From positions 416,001 to 480,000 of the forward strand of contig CAWDVR010000004.1 in assembly GCA_963805975.1 (NCBI GenBank): a stretch of 64,000 bases of DNA, read 5' to 3'. Source of the DNA: an uncultured Acidobacteriota bacterium (GTDB lineage: Bacteria > Acidobacteriota > Thermoanaerobaculia > Multivoradales > SZUA-115). Position numbers and translations under genes: made by a program. The notes beneath the pieces were generated by a model. The model saw only the letters and a program-made list of their open reading frames with translations, was not told the origin of the DNA and made no database searches. Of this stretch, positions 10,436 through 23,376 are shown in pieces; position 1 is the stretch's first letter, and the number at the start of each line of letters is the position of its first letter.

Positions 10436-12714
10436 GCGCCCTCACCGGGCCTTGTCATCCTGAGCGCAGCGAAGGATCTGGTGGCAGGGCCGATGGCTGC
10501 CGCCCGCCCAGATCCTTCGCTGCGCTCAGGATGACAGTTCGTCGTGCCCTCGCCGCGCTCGGCCTCTTTCTCCTCGCCGCCTGCACCCAGGATCGTCCCG
10601 GCGCCTCCTACCGCGCCCCGGCCGGCACGCCCGTCATGCTGATCTCGATCGACACCCTGCGCTCGGACCACCTGCCGGCCTACGGCTACCGCGGCGTCGA
10701 GACGCCGGCGATCGACGCGCTCCGGGCGGAGGGCATCCTCTTCCGCCATGCCTACAGCCACACGCCGCTCACCCTGCCCTCGCACGCCTCCGTCCTGACC
10801 GGCCTGCTGCCGGCGGAGCACGGCGTGCGCGACAACGTGGGCTATGCGCTCGACGCCAAGCGCATCGCCTCGGGCGAGCTGCCCTACCTGCCGCAGATCC
10901 TGAAGACCGCCGGCCATGCCACCGGGGGCGCGGTGTCGGCGTTCGTGCTGCGCGGCAAGACCGGCCTCGAAACGGGCTTCGACTTCTACGAGGACTCGAT
11001 CGAGTTCCAGACCTCGACCGGCCTCGGCGGCCTCCAGCGGGGCGGCGGCGAGACGCTGGCGCTGGCGCGCGACTGGCTGCGGTCGGTGGCAGGCAAGCCG
11101 TTCTTCTTTTTCTTCCATCTCTACGAGCCGCACACGCCCTACCAGCCGCCGGCCCCCTTCGCCGGGCGCTACGCTCACGCCTACGACGGCGAGATCGCCG
11201 CCGCCGACCAGGTGGTGGGCGCGCTGGTGGCCGAGCTGCGGGAGCTGGGCGTCTACGACGAGGCGCTCGTGGTGCTGTTCTCCGACCACGGCGAGGGCCT
11301 GGGCGAGCACGGCGAGGACGAGCACGGCCTGCTGCTCTACCGCGAGTCGTTAGAGGTGCCGCTCCTCGTGAAGCTGCCGGGCGGCGCGCGGGCAGGCGAG
11401 GCCGTGGAGGCCCCGGCCCAGCTCGTGGACGTGGTGCCCACCGTGCTCGGGATGCTCGGCCTGCCGCTGCCGCCGGCGCTCCCCGGCACCTCGCTCCTCG
11501 CCCTCGGCGCGGCCGGTGAGGCACCACGGCGCGTCTACTCGGAGACCTTCTACCCCCGCCTGCACTTCGGCTGGAGCGACCTCGCCTCGCTGATCGACGG
11601 CCGCCACCACTTCATCGAGGGGCCGGACCCGGAGCTCTACGATCTCGCCGCCGACCCGCGTGAGACCAGGAACGTGCTGCGTGAGCAGCGCCGGCCGGCG
11701 GTCGAGATGCGCCAGGCTCTGGCCGCCTTCGACCGCGAGCTCAGGGCCCCGGCCGAGGTGGACGAGGAAACGCGCCAGGCGCTGGCGGCGCTCGGCTATC
11801 TCGGCGGGACCGCGGCGGCCGAGGACGGCCCGCTCGCGGACCCCAAGAGCCGGATCGGCTCGCTGGCGGACTTCAAACTGGGGATCCTCCATCACTCGCG
11901 GCGCGAGTACCGGGAGGCGGTCGCCTCGTTCTCGAAGGTGCTCGCGGTCAACCCGCGCCTGGTCGACGCCTGGGAGTTCCTCGGCCGCACGTACGAAAAG
12001 CTGGACCAGCCCGACCAGGCGCTCGCAGCCTACAGGGAGGCGCTGTCGGTCTCCGGTGGTTCACCGGAGGTGGCGCTCAACGCCGCCTCCCTCTACTTCG
12101 ACCAGGGCCGCCTCGAAGAAGCGGAAGAGCACGCCCGCCTGGCGCTGGTGGCGCACCCTTCGTTCGCCCACGGTCTGCTGTCGCAGGTCGCGCTGGCGCG
12201 CCAGGACCTGGAGGGAGCCGAGCGCGAGGCCCGCGCCGCCATCAGCTCCGGCGAGAGCCGCGTCGGTCCGCTCGTCACGCTCGCCTCGGTGCTCCACGCC
12301 AAGGGCGCTTTCGAGGAGGCGCTCGCCACCGCCGCCCGGGCCGAGGAGGCCTACGGCGAGCGCCGGTCCAAGGACGAGGATCTCCTCCAGGGGCTCGAGC
12401 TGATCCGGGGAAAGGCCCTCGCGGACCTGGGGAAGGCCGCGGAGGCCGAGGCGGCGTTCAGGCGCGAGATCGAGCGCTTTCCAGCCACCTTTCGCGCCTA
12501 CTCCAACCTGGCCCTGCTCTACGCCTTGAGCGGCCGACCGGAGCTCGCCGGGCCGACGCTCAAGCGCATGGTGGAAGCGAGCCCGTCGCCCGCCGCCTAC
12601 GCCGAGGCGGTGAGGACGCTGCGGGTGCTCAAAGACGAAGCCGCCGCGCGCTCGCTTCTCGCGTACGCACGGCGGCTCTATCCGGCAAGTGAGGCGCTCC
12701 GCGCCCTCTCCTGA
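10432..12714 (+). CDS. Second sulfatase-like lipoprotein with C-terminal TPRs
   Basis: ATGA overlap with the upstream stop; lipobox LLAAC; LISIDTLRSDH, TLPSHASVLTG, SDHGE, PELYDL, LAALGY, TPRs. Alternative start at ATG 10531. Confidence 0.88.
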   Translation: MSALTGPCHPERSEGSGGRADGCRPPRSFAALRMTVRRALAALGLFLLAACTQDRPGASYRAPAGTPVMLISIDTLRSDHLPAYGYRGVETPAIDALRAEGILFRHAYSHTPLTLPSHASVLTGLLPAEHGVRDNVGYALDAKRIASGELPYLPQILKTAGHATGGAVSAFVLRGKTGLETGFDFYEDSIEFQTSTGLGGLQRGGGETLALARDWLRSVAGKPFFFFFHLYEPHTPYQPPAPFAGRYAHAYDGEIAAADQVVGALVAELRELGVYDEALVVLFSDHGEGLGEHGEDEHGLLLYRESLEVPLLVKLPGGARAGEAVEAPAQLVDVVPTVLGMLGLPLPPALPGTSLLALGAAGEAPRRVYSETFYPRLHFGWSDLASLIDGRHHFIEGPDPELYDLAADPRETRNVLREQRRPAVEMRQALAAFDRELRAPAEVDEETRQALAALGYLGGTAAAEDGPLADPKSRIGSLADFKLGILHHSRREYREAVASFSKVLAVNPRLVDAWEFLGRTYEKLDQPDQALAAYREALSVSGGSPEVALNAASLYFDQGRLEEAEEHARLALVAHPSFAHGLLSQVALARQDLEGAEREARAAISSGESRVGPLVTLASVLHAKGAFEEALATAARAEEAYGERRSKDEDLLQGLELIRGKALADLGKAAEAEAAFRREIERFPATFRAYSNLALLYALSGRPELAGPTLKRMVEASPSPAAYAEAVRTLRVLKDEAAARSLLAYARRLYPASEALRALS
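10453..10536. repeat. REP/RPE-like palindromic element: 29-bp perfect inverted repeat with 26-nt spacer
   Basis: TGTCATCCTGAGCGCAGCGAAGGATCTGG ... CCAGATCCTTCGCTGCGCTCAGGATGACA; 84 bp. Confidence 0.85.
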
Positions 12715-12724
12715 GCAGCCCGGC

Positions 12725-13144
12725 CTAGCAGCCGCCGTTCTGCAGCTTGCCGTCGCAGTTGCTGATGTTGCCCTGGAAGCCCTGGAAGTTGGCGAGCGAG
12801 GCCGGCACCCAGCTACCGTCTTTCTTCTGGCAGGTGGCCGTCAGCGTGTGACCCGCCACCTGGGCATCCTTGCAGGTCAGCGAGAAGGAGCCCACCGCGC
12901 CCGTGCAGACCAGGGTGCCGTTGACGTTGCCGATGTCGCCCACGCAGCCGCTCGCGTAGTCGAGCGAGGCGGCGATGCTCGCGCCCTGGAAGGTCTTGCA
13001 GCTCGCCTTGAGCGTGTTGTTGCTCACCGTGGCGCCGGTGCAGGTCTTCTGGTAGGAGCCCGGCGGCGGCGTCTGGGCGGCGGCCGGCTGCGCGAGGACG
13101 AGAGCCAGGGCGAGCAGGGTACAGGCGAACAGAGTCTTTTTCAT
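12725..13144 (-). CDS. Secreted CVNH (cyanovirin-N-like) domain protein, putative lectin
   Basis: Signal peptide MKKTLFAC...AAAQ; two half-repeats GSYQKTC..TLKASC..DIGNVNGTLVC and GSFSLTC..TLTATC..NISNCDGKL. Confidence 0.75.
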   Translation of the reverse strand: MKKTLFACTLLALALVLAQPAAAQTPPPGSYQKTCTGATVSNNTLKASCKTFQGASIAASLDYASGCVGDIGNVNGTLVCTGAVGSFSLTCKDAQVAGHTLTATCQKKDGSWVPASLANFQGFQGNISNCDGKLQNGGC

Positions 13145-13295
13145 GATCGGTCTCCTCGAGACCCTCAACTCGACATTGAATTGATGGGTTCCGAGAACCG
13201 TGAGGGGCAAGGCCGGTGCCAGCGGGCGGCTCGGCGAGTGAGTGGAGAAAGCACGGTAAATCCAGGCTCGAGCGGTCGCGGGGGCGTCGGCGGGA

Positions 13296-13332
13296 ACTGT
13301 CCGCGACTGTCCGGCGAACGTCGGCGGACAGT
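13296..13332. promoter_or_regulatory. Candidate enhancer (UAS) for a sigma-54 activator
   Basis: ACTGTCCG twice (13296, 13306) plus the inverted copy CGGACAGT (13325), 65-100 bp upstream of a sigma-54 promoter. Confidence 0.5.
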
Positions 13333-13395
13333 GCTGCTGGGCAGAGCTACCGGGAGCCGCGGGCCTGGCGCGCGCGGCCACGGCCAACGCACCCC

Positions 13396-13411
13396 TGGCA
13401 CTTCACTTGCT
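13396..13411 (+). promoter_or_regulatory. Sigma-54 -24/-12 promoter
   Basis: TGGCAC-TTCAC-TTGCT, an exact consensus match, about 55 bp upstream of ATG 13466. Confidence 0.8.
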
Positions 13412-13465
13412 GAAGCGCAGTCTCGATCCGCCCGCCAAAACCTTTCCATTGGAGGAGGTCGAGCC

Positions 13466-13924
13466 ATGAGCACGGAGCTGAACGCCCGCACCCTTTTCGT
13501 CACCGTCACCTTCGATCCGCAGGCTTCCCCGCACTTCACGTACTCCGGCGACATCAACGAGCAGCAGCAGATCGTGGTCGACGTCAAGCGGGCCTTCATC
13601 CGCTTCTCGCTCGAGACCAAGGGCGGAGGTGTGGAGCGTGCACGCTTCCTCGACGAGCTGCCGTTGGAATGGATGCAAGGGCCTACCCCCGATGGCATCA
13701 GCGTGTGGCTACCCATGCCAGGCAAGCCTCAGACCGAGATCCTGGTCGAGGATCTCAACCCGCTTGCGGTCACCACCGACCTCGTGCAGGAGCTGCCCTT
13801 CCGGATCAACGTGCTCTACGGCTCGAAGATCCACACCTCGAGCGATCCGGCGATCATCAACGTGGACATCCCGCCGATCGACGGCAAGGTGGGCCGCCAC
13901 CACCTGGAGCTGCCGGTCTTCTGA
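13466..13924 (+). CDS. DP-EP family-like small protein
   Basis: Strong RBS GGAGGAGG; 152 aa, beta-rich; C-terminal signature TSSDPAIINVDIPP. Confidence 0.6.
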   Translation: MSTELNARTLFVTVTFDPQASPHFTYSGDINEQQQIVVDVKRAFIRFSLETKGGGVERARFLDELPLEWMQGPTPDGISVWLPMPGKPQTEILVEDLNPLAVTTDLVQELPFRINVLYGSKIHTSSDPAIINVDIPPIDGKVGRHHLELPVF

Positions 13925-13931
13925 GCTGGGG

Positions 13932-16594
13932 CTATGAGCGCGGCTCGCGCGTCAGCTCTGCGAGCTCCGGCGAGCCGCGCAGCGAGTCGAACCACGGCAG
14001 GCTGAACCAGCGCCTGGCGACGCCGTTGCTGCCCAGCGCCCGCCGCGCGGCGACCAGCGCCGAGGCGTCGTCGCCCACCAGGGCGAAGACCAGCGAGGCC
14101 TCGAAGGCGGCCTGGGGGTTGTCCCGCCCGGCGAGCACCGCAGGCTGGATCCGCTCGACCGCCTCCTCGCGGCGCCCGAGGTGGGCGAGGGCCTGGGCGG
14201 CGACCGAGGCGAGGGGCCAGCTTTCACGCGTCGGGTCGCGGGCGGTGAGCTCGAGGATCTGCTGGTAGAGAGTTTCGGCCGCGGGGCGGTCGCCGCCCAG
14301 GAGCGTTGCATCCGCCAGGCTGAGCGCGGCCCACGGGTTCTGCGGCTGGATCTCGAAAGCGAGCCGGGCGTGCTCCCGGGCCTCGCCGTAGCGGCCCAGG
14401 AGCACCTCGGCGATCGAGAGGTTGGACAGCTCGGCGGTGCGCGGGATCTCGGCGACGAGGGCCGAGTAGAGCGTCACGGCACGTTCGGCGTTGCCGGCCA
14501 GGAGCTCGATCTGCGCCAGCAGCGAGCGGCCGGCGAAGGAGCCCGGCAGGCGGGCCAGGAGCTCCTCGAGCGTCTCCCGCGCGGCGTCGCTCTCCCCGAG
14601 CCGGTACTCCATGTCGGCGAGCCGGAAGAGCTGGGGCCAGGAGGGCCGCCGCTCGACCGCCCGGCGCATGGCGGCCAGCGCCGCATCCGTCTCGCCTTCC
14701 CGCTCGAGGAGCCGGGCGCGCCCGGCGAGGAGAGCCGGGTCGCCCGGTTGCAGCCGCTCGAGCTCGCCCAGGGCGGCGCGGGCGGCCGCGAGGTCGTCAC
14801 CGGAGAGGGCCACCTCGAAACCGGCAGCGAGCGGCCGGGGATCCTGCGGCGCGAGCCGCCGGGCGAGCGCGATGCGGTCGCTCGCGGTCTCGAGATCGAA
14901 GGGGTCGCGCCCGAGGCCGAAGCGGTAGCGCAGCAACTGCGCTTCGAGGATCAGGGCTTCGAGGAAGCGGGGCGAGCTGCGCCGGATCGCCGCCAGGCGG
15001 GCCAGGAGGTCGTCCAGGCTGAGGGCCGCTTCGCTGCGGCGGTCGAACGCACGGGTGAGCGCCAGCAGCTCCTGGTAGTCCTCCGGGCGTGCGACCGGAG
15101 GCTCGATGCCGGGGCGCACCCGGCGCTCCGGGTAGGCGTTCTTGAGGTAGCCGCGCACCGCCTCGGCCAGGAGGAACGGCTGGCCGACGGACGCCGTGAA
15201 GCTCCGGGTCCACAGCAGGGCGCCGCGCCCGGCCTCGACGCGCTCGAGCGTCACCTCGCAGGCGAAGGGGTCGCAGCGCAGACGCGTGGCCAAGAGCTCG
15301 TCCGCAGCGAGCGCCCGCGCCAGCTCGGCAGCCGAGCCCCGAACCTCGTCGACCTGCTCCGGAGCCGGTGTCGAAACCCCTTCCAGCGCGAGGAGCGCTG
15401 AGAGCACGGCAGTGCGCAGGGCATAGGCCATGTCCTCGCCCACCGCCGCGTTGCTGTCCGGGCTGAGCTGCGGGGCCGGCACGGCGACGTAGGACGGCGG
15501 CGGCTCGCCGCCGCGCAGCAGCCAGGCGGTGACGAGCACGACGCCGGAAAGGAGAGCCGCGGCTCCCCAGAGCCAAGCCCTCCGGAACCAGATAGGGCGG
15601 CGCTCAGCTTTCCTGAGTGGGGCTTCCCTGAGCGGGGAGGATGGCTCGCCGGCTGGGGCGGGGGGCTCGTTGGCATGCGGGATCGGTGCGATGCGTGCCG
15701 CACGCCGCGGCCCTTCGACGAGCGTCTCGCCTCCCGAGGCCGCGGGCAGGGGCTCGACCGGGGTCGGTCGCCGGTCGCCGACCAGAGAGCCCAGGGTCGC
15801 CAGCACCTCGCCGGCGCTCGCCGGGCGCCGCGCCGGCTCCTTCTCGAGCAGCCGGTCGACCAGTGCCGCCAGGGGTGCCGGCGCCTCCGGCCGCAGGCCG
15901 GCGAGCGGCGGCGGCTGGCGAGTGCAGACGCGCTCCAGGATCTCGAGCGTGCCGCCGCCGCGGAACGGATGGCGGCCCGACACCGTCTCGTAGAGCAGCA
16001 CGCCCAAGGCGAAGAGGTCCGAGCGGTGGTCGACCGGCAGCCCGCGCGCCTGCTCCGGCGACATCGCCCACGGCGTGCCGACCAGGCCGCCGTCGGTCGA
16101 CAGCGCTCCCTCGCCGTCCTCGCCCAGCCGCTTGGCGATCCCGAAGTCGAGCACTTTGACGCCGCCGTCCGCGGTGAGCATCACGTTCGCGGCCTTGAGG
16201 TCGCGGTGCACGATGCCGCGAGCGTGGGCTGCGGCGAGAGCGCTCGCCACCTCCACCCCGAGGCGGAGCGCCTGGTCGATGGCCAGCGGCCCGCCGGCGA
16301 GCACCTGGTCGAGAGTCGAGCCTTCGACCAGCTCGAGCACCAGCGCATCGCCCTGCTGCCAGGTGACGATGTCGTAGATCTGCACGATGGCCGGGTGGTT
16401 GAGGGCCGCCACCGCCCTCGCCTCGTGGCGGAAGCGCGCGGAGGTGGCCGCGCCGGCATCGGCGCGGAGCAGCTTGATGGCGACCCGCCGCCCCAGCCGC
16501 TCGTCCCAGGCGGTGTAGACCTCGCCCATGCCGCCGCTGCCGAGCCGCGCCTCGAGGCGGTAGGGACCGATCCTCTCCGGCCGGCCGAGGAGCG

Positions 16595-16598
<4 letters not shown>
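13932..16598 (-). CDS. Hanks-type Ser/Thr kinase with TM segment and C-terminal TPRs
   Basis: GSGGMG, VAIK, HRDLKAANV, DFG, GTPWAMSPEQ; TM AWLWGAAALLSGVVLVTAWLL; ATGA overlap with the upstream activator gene. Confidence 0.9.
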
Positions 16599-18208
<1,610 letters not shown>

Positions 18209-18252
18209 CCCCGAAGTGTACCAGCGGCGCGGTTGCGCGCGCCCAGATGCTC

Positions 18253-18999
18253 CTACTGGCCGCTGCCGTCCTGCCCCTTCTTCTTGGGCGCCTTGGCGTA
18301 CCAGCGGCCGTCGATCTTGACCAGCTCCACGGTCTCGTCGCCGGCCTTCGCCGTGGCGTGGTCGCCCTGGACCTTGAGGTCCGTGATCTTGCCGCCGTCC
18401 GCGAGCGGGCCCGACTTGGAGACGCTCTTCTCGTCGCCGAGCTCGCGGAACAGGGCCCACAGGTCCGAGATCAGGCCAATGTCGTCCACACCGGCCATCA
18501 GCTTCGTGAGGGCCGCGGGGTCCTCGGCGCCGCCGGCGAGCGGCGAGTCGTCCTTCATCTTCTCCGTCAGGCCGTGCTTGTCGAGGATCTTGTCGTAGCG
18601 CTGCTGGAGGTCGGCGGCCTTTTTCGCTATCTCCTGCTTGCCCTTCTCGAGCTTGGCCTTGTCCTCCGCGGAGGCCTCCTCGCCGGACATGGCCTCGCCC
18701 ATGCCTTCCGCCATCGCGGCGCCCATGTCACCGCCCATGCCCATGAAACCGATCATCATGCCGGCGCCGAGCACCAGGCCGAGGGCCATCTCGGCACGGT
18801 CCTCGGGCGCCAGGCAGGCGGCGATCTCGGGCACGTCGCCTTTCTCGGCGGCCTTTTCGATGCGGGCGACCAGGGCTTCCGGGCTCTCCGCTCCCGCCTG
18901 GACCTTGGCCGCCGCGGTGAGCGGCGAGCCGGCGAGGACGAGGCACAGGCAGAGCGCCAGGGCAGAGGTGAAGCGGGGACTGCGGCGCAACAGAGTCAT
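18253..18999 (-). CDS. Hypothetical secreted protein
   Basis: Signal peptide; GC3-rich codon usage; C-terminal LKVQGDHATAK..VELVKIDGRWY (NTF2-like strand pattern). Confidence 0.7.
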   Translation of the reverse strand: MTLLRRSPRFTSALALCLCLVLAGSPLTAAAKVQAGAESPEALVARIEKAAEKGDVPEIAACLAPEDRAEMALGLVLGAGMMIGFMGMGGDMGAAMAEGMGEAMSGEEASAEDKAKLEKGKQEIAKKAADLQQRYDKILDKHGLTEKMKDDSPLAGGAEDPAALTKLMAGVDDIGLISDLWALFRELGDEKSVSKSGPLADGGKITDLKVQGDHATAKAGDETVELVKIDGRWYAKAPKKKGQDGSGQ

Positions 19000-19068
19000 G
19001 GATCGCTCCCTTCGTGGGCGTGGGGGTGGCTCTTCGGCGGCGAGGATGGCGCGCCGCGGCGAAGGCTG

Positions 19069-19989
19069 TCAAGCGCCGCCCACGACCAAGCTCCAGGCGG
19101 AGGCGTCCCCAGTCTCGAACCCGTCGGCGAACACGGCACAAGGGAGGCTTGGATTGGCGAAGGCCGTCAGGTCCCCTACGGCCGGCGAGGTGCCGAAGGG
19201 GTTGAAGTAGGTGTGCGTCACGTCGGTCGTCGTGTCGGTGACCGTCAAGGTGAGCTCGACGTTGGTCATGGCGCCGAAGTGGACCTGGAAGAAGTCGCAG
19301 GCCTCGACCACCTTGACCGCGAGGTCGAGCGCGGCGGAAGAGAAGAAGTAGAAGCCGCCCGAGTGGGTGGTCAGCGGCATCGTGATGCCCGGGCCGCTGG
19401 AGGGAGTGGGTGTCGCCCAGGTGACCTGGGTCTCGAAGCGCCCGCCGGCGAGGCAGTGGGTGGTCGAGTCGGGGGTGCAGGTGCCGGCCACGGCCGGTGG
19501 CGGAGAGTCCTCGACCGCCCGCGGGTCTTCGCTCGCGCCCGGGCCGACGAAGGCGTTGGTGTCGGCGATGTTCGCCCGCGTGCCCAGCGGGTTGAAGTAC
19601 TGCTTGACGGTGGCGGTGGCCGTGTCGGTGACCGTGACCGTGAACTCGGCGTCGGTCAGCGAGCCGAGGAAGAACCAGTAGTCGCCGTTGACCAAAGTGC
19701 CGTCGATGACGCGGACGTAGAGTTCGACATATCTCGAGTCCAAGACCGAGAAGTAGCCGATGTCGCCATTGACCGCCTGGGCCTGGCCGGCCGCGCTCTG
19801 CCCGAGGGCGTTCTCCCAGGTGAGGCTGACCTGGAAGCGCGAGCCCAGGAGGCAGAGCTGGGTGGCGGAGGGCGAGCAGGTGCCGGCTTCCGGCGAGGCG
19901 GCCGCGGGAGCCGGGCCGGCAAAGGTGAGCCAGGCGGCAAGGCCGGCCGAGCCGATCCACAGCGCGCGAGGAAAGGGGTGATGGCGCAT
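19069..19989 (-). CDS. Secreted protein with two CL..RF.V...W repeat domains and a C-terminal FADGFETGD..AWS tail
   Basis: Signal peptide; repeats LCLLGSRFQVSLTW..LTDAEFTVTVTDT and HCLAGGRFETQVTW..MTNVELTLTVTDT; tail VFADGFETGDASAWS. Confidence 0.8.
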   Translation of the reverse strand: MRHHPFPRALWIGSAGLAAWLTFAGPAPAAASPEAGTCSPSATQLCLLGSRFQVSLTWENALGQSAAGQAQAVNGDIGYFSVLDSRYVELYVRVIDGTLVNGDYWFFLGSLTDAEFTVTVTDTATATVKQYFNPLGTRANIADTNAFVGPGASEDPRAVEDSPPPAVAGTCTPDSTTHCLAGGRFETQVTWATPTPSSGPGITMPLTTHSGGFYFFSSAALDLAVKVVEACDFFQVHFGAMTNVELTLTVTDTTTDVTHTYFNPFGTSPAVGDLTAFANPSLPCAVFADGFETGDASAWSLVVGGA

Positions 19990-20104
19990 GATCCTGTATC
20001 TCCTGGAATTTACCAGAACGTCTTCGAGAGCATACCCTTACTGTTTTATAGAACGGTCGTCGCACGTAACCCGTCGCCGGCCGCTCCTTGCGCGCCGAGA
20101 TCTG

Positions 20105-22552
<2,448 letters not shown>

Positions 22553-22557
22553 GAGAT

Positions 22558-23022
22558 CTAGACCTGGGAGGGCTCGTGGACGGTCGAGGTCGAGCCTTCC
22601 TCCACCAGCAGCACCTCGACCCGGAGGCTCTGGGCCGCGCGGGCGAGGGCGCGGTCGGCGGTGGCGAGAGTGCGCTCGTCCACCGCGGCCACGGCGAGGT
22701 GGAGGGCGTCGAGCGTGCGCAGCGGCGGCGCCGGCGCCGCCAGCCAGCGCCGGGCCAGCTCGTAGTGGGCGCGCGCCAGCGGCAGCCGCTCGTAGTAGCC
22801 CGCCGCCAGGTGGGTCGAGAAGTGCGAGCGGGCCCGGTCCGCGTCCTCGCCGGCCATCTCGCCCTGGCGCACCTTGCGCGCCAGGGCGGAGAAGAGCTCC
22901 ACCTCCACCAGGTCGCTCACCGCCGGCGAGGGAAAGAGGCGCAGGAGCCGCTCCGCGTCCTCGGAGAGTGGCTCGGGCGCGTAGTAGGCCACCACCACGC
23001 TGGTGTCGGCGTAGAGGTTCAA
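22558..23022 (-). CDS. vapC: VapC-family PIN domain toxin
   Basis: TTG start overlapping the antitoxin stop; YADTSVV, EVELFSAL, LRTLDALHLA, LATAD. Confidence 0.85.
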   Translation of the reverse strand: MNLYADTSVVVAYYAPEPLSEDAERLLRLFPSPAVSDLVEVELFSALARKVRQGEMAGEDADRARSHFSTHLAAGYYERLPLARAHYELARRWLAAPAPPLRTLDALHLAVAAVDERTLATADRALARAAQSLRVEVLLVEEGSTSTVHEPSQV

Positions 23023-23258
23023 TAGCGCTCCTCGCGGCGGGCCGCGGCGACCTCCTGGCTCAGCGCGCGGCCACGGACCTCGAGGGTGCTCCGGAAGTGG
23101 GCCAGCCGGGGCAGGGCCTTCGCCTTCGCGGCCCCGGGCGGGGAGAGGCGCGCCACCGCCTTGCCGCGGCGGGTGAGCACGACCTCTTCGCCCGCCGCGA
23201 CGCGGTCGAGAAGCTCCTTGAAGGAGCGCCGGGCGTCTCGTACGGTGATCTCTCTCAT
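23019..23258 (-). CDS. Phd/YefM family antitoxin
   Basis: MREITVRDARRSFKELLDRVAAGEEVVLTRRGKAVARL. Confidence 0.85.
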   Translation of the reverse strand: MREITVRDARRSFKELLDRVAAGEEVVLTRRGKAVARLSPPGAAKAKALPRLAHFRSTLEVRGRALSQEVAAARREERY

Positions 23259-23272
23259 GACAGCTTCTCCAG

Positions 23273-23295
23273 GTGTACTCTTGGAGTGTACTCCA
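23273..23295. promoter_or_regulatory. Putative TA autoregulatory operator between the divergent antitoxin and parE
   Basis: GTGTACTC direct repeat and palindrome TGGAGT-GT-ACTCCA. Confidence 0.45.
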
Positions 23296-23376
23296 GGATC
23301 CGTGGGTTCTGGGCAGGAGTCTCTCGCCAGCGCTCCGGTAAGATCCCGGCGCACTCCGGAGGGCTTCGCGCACACC

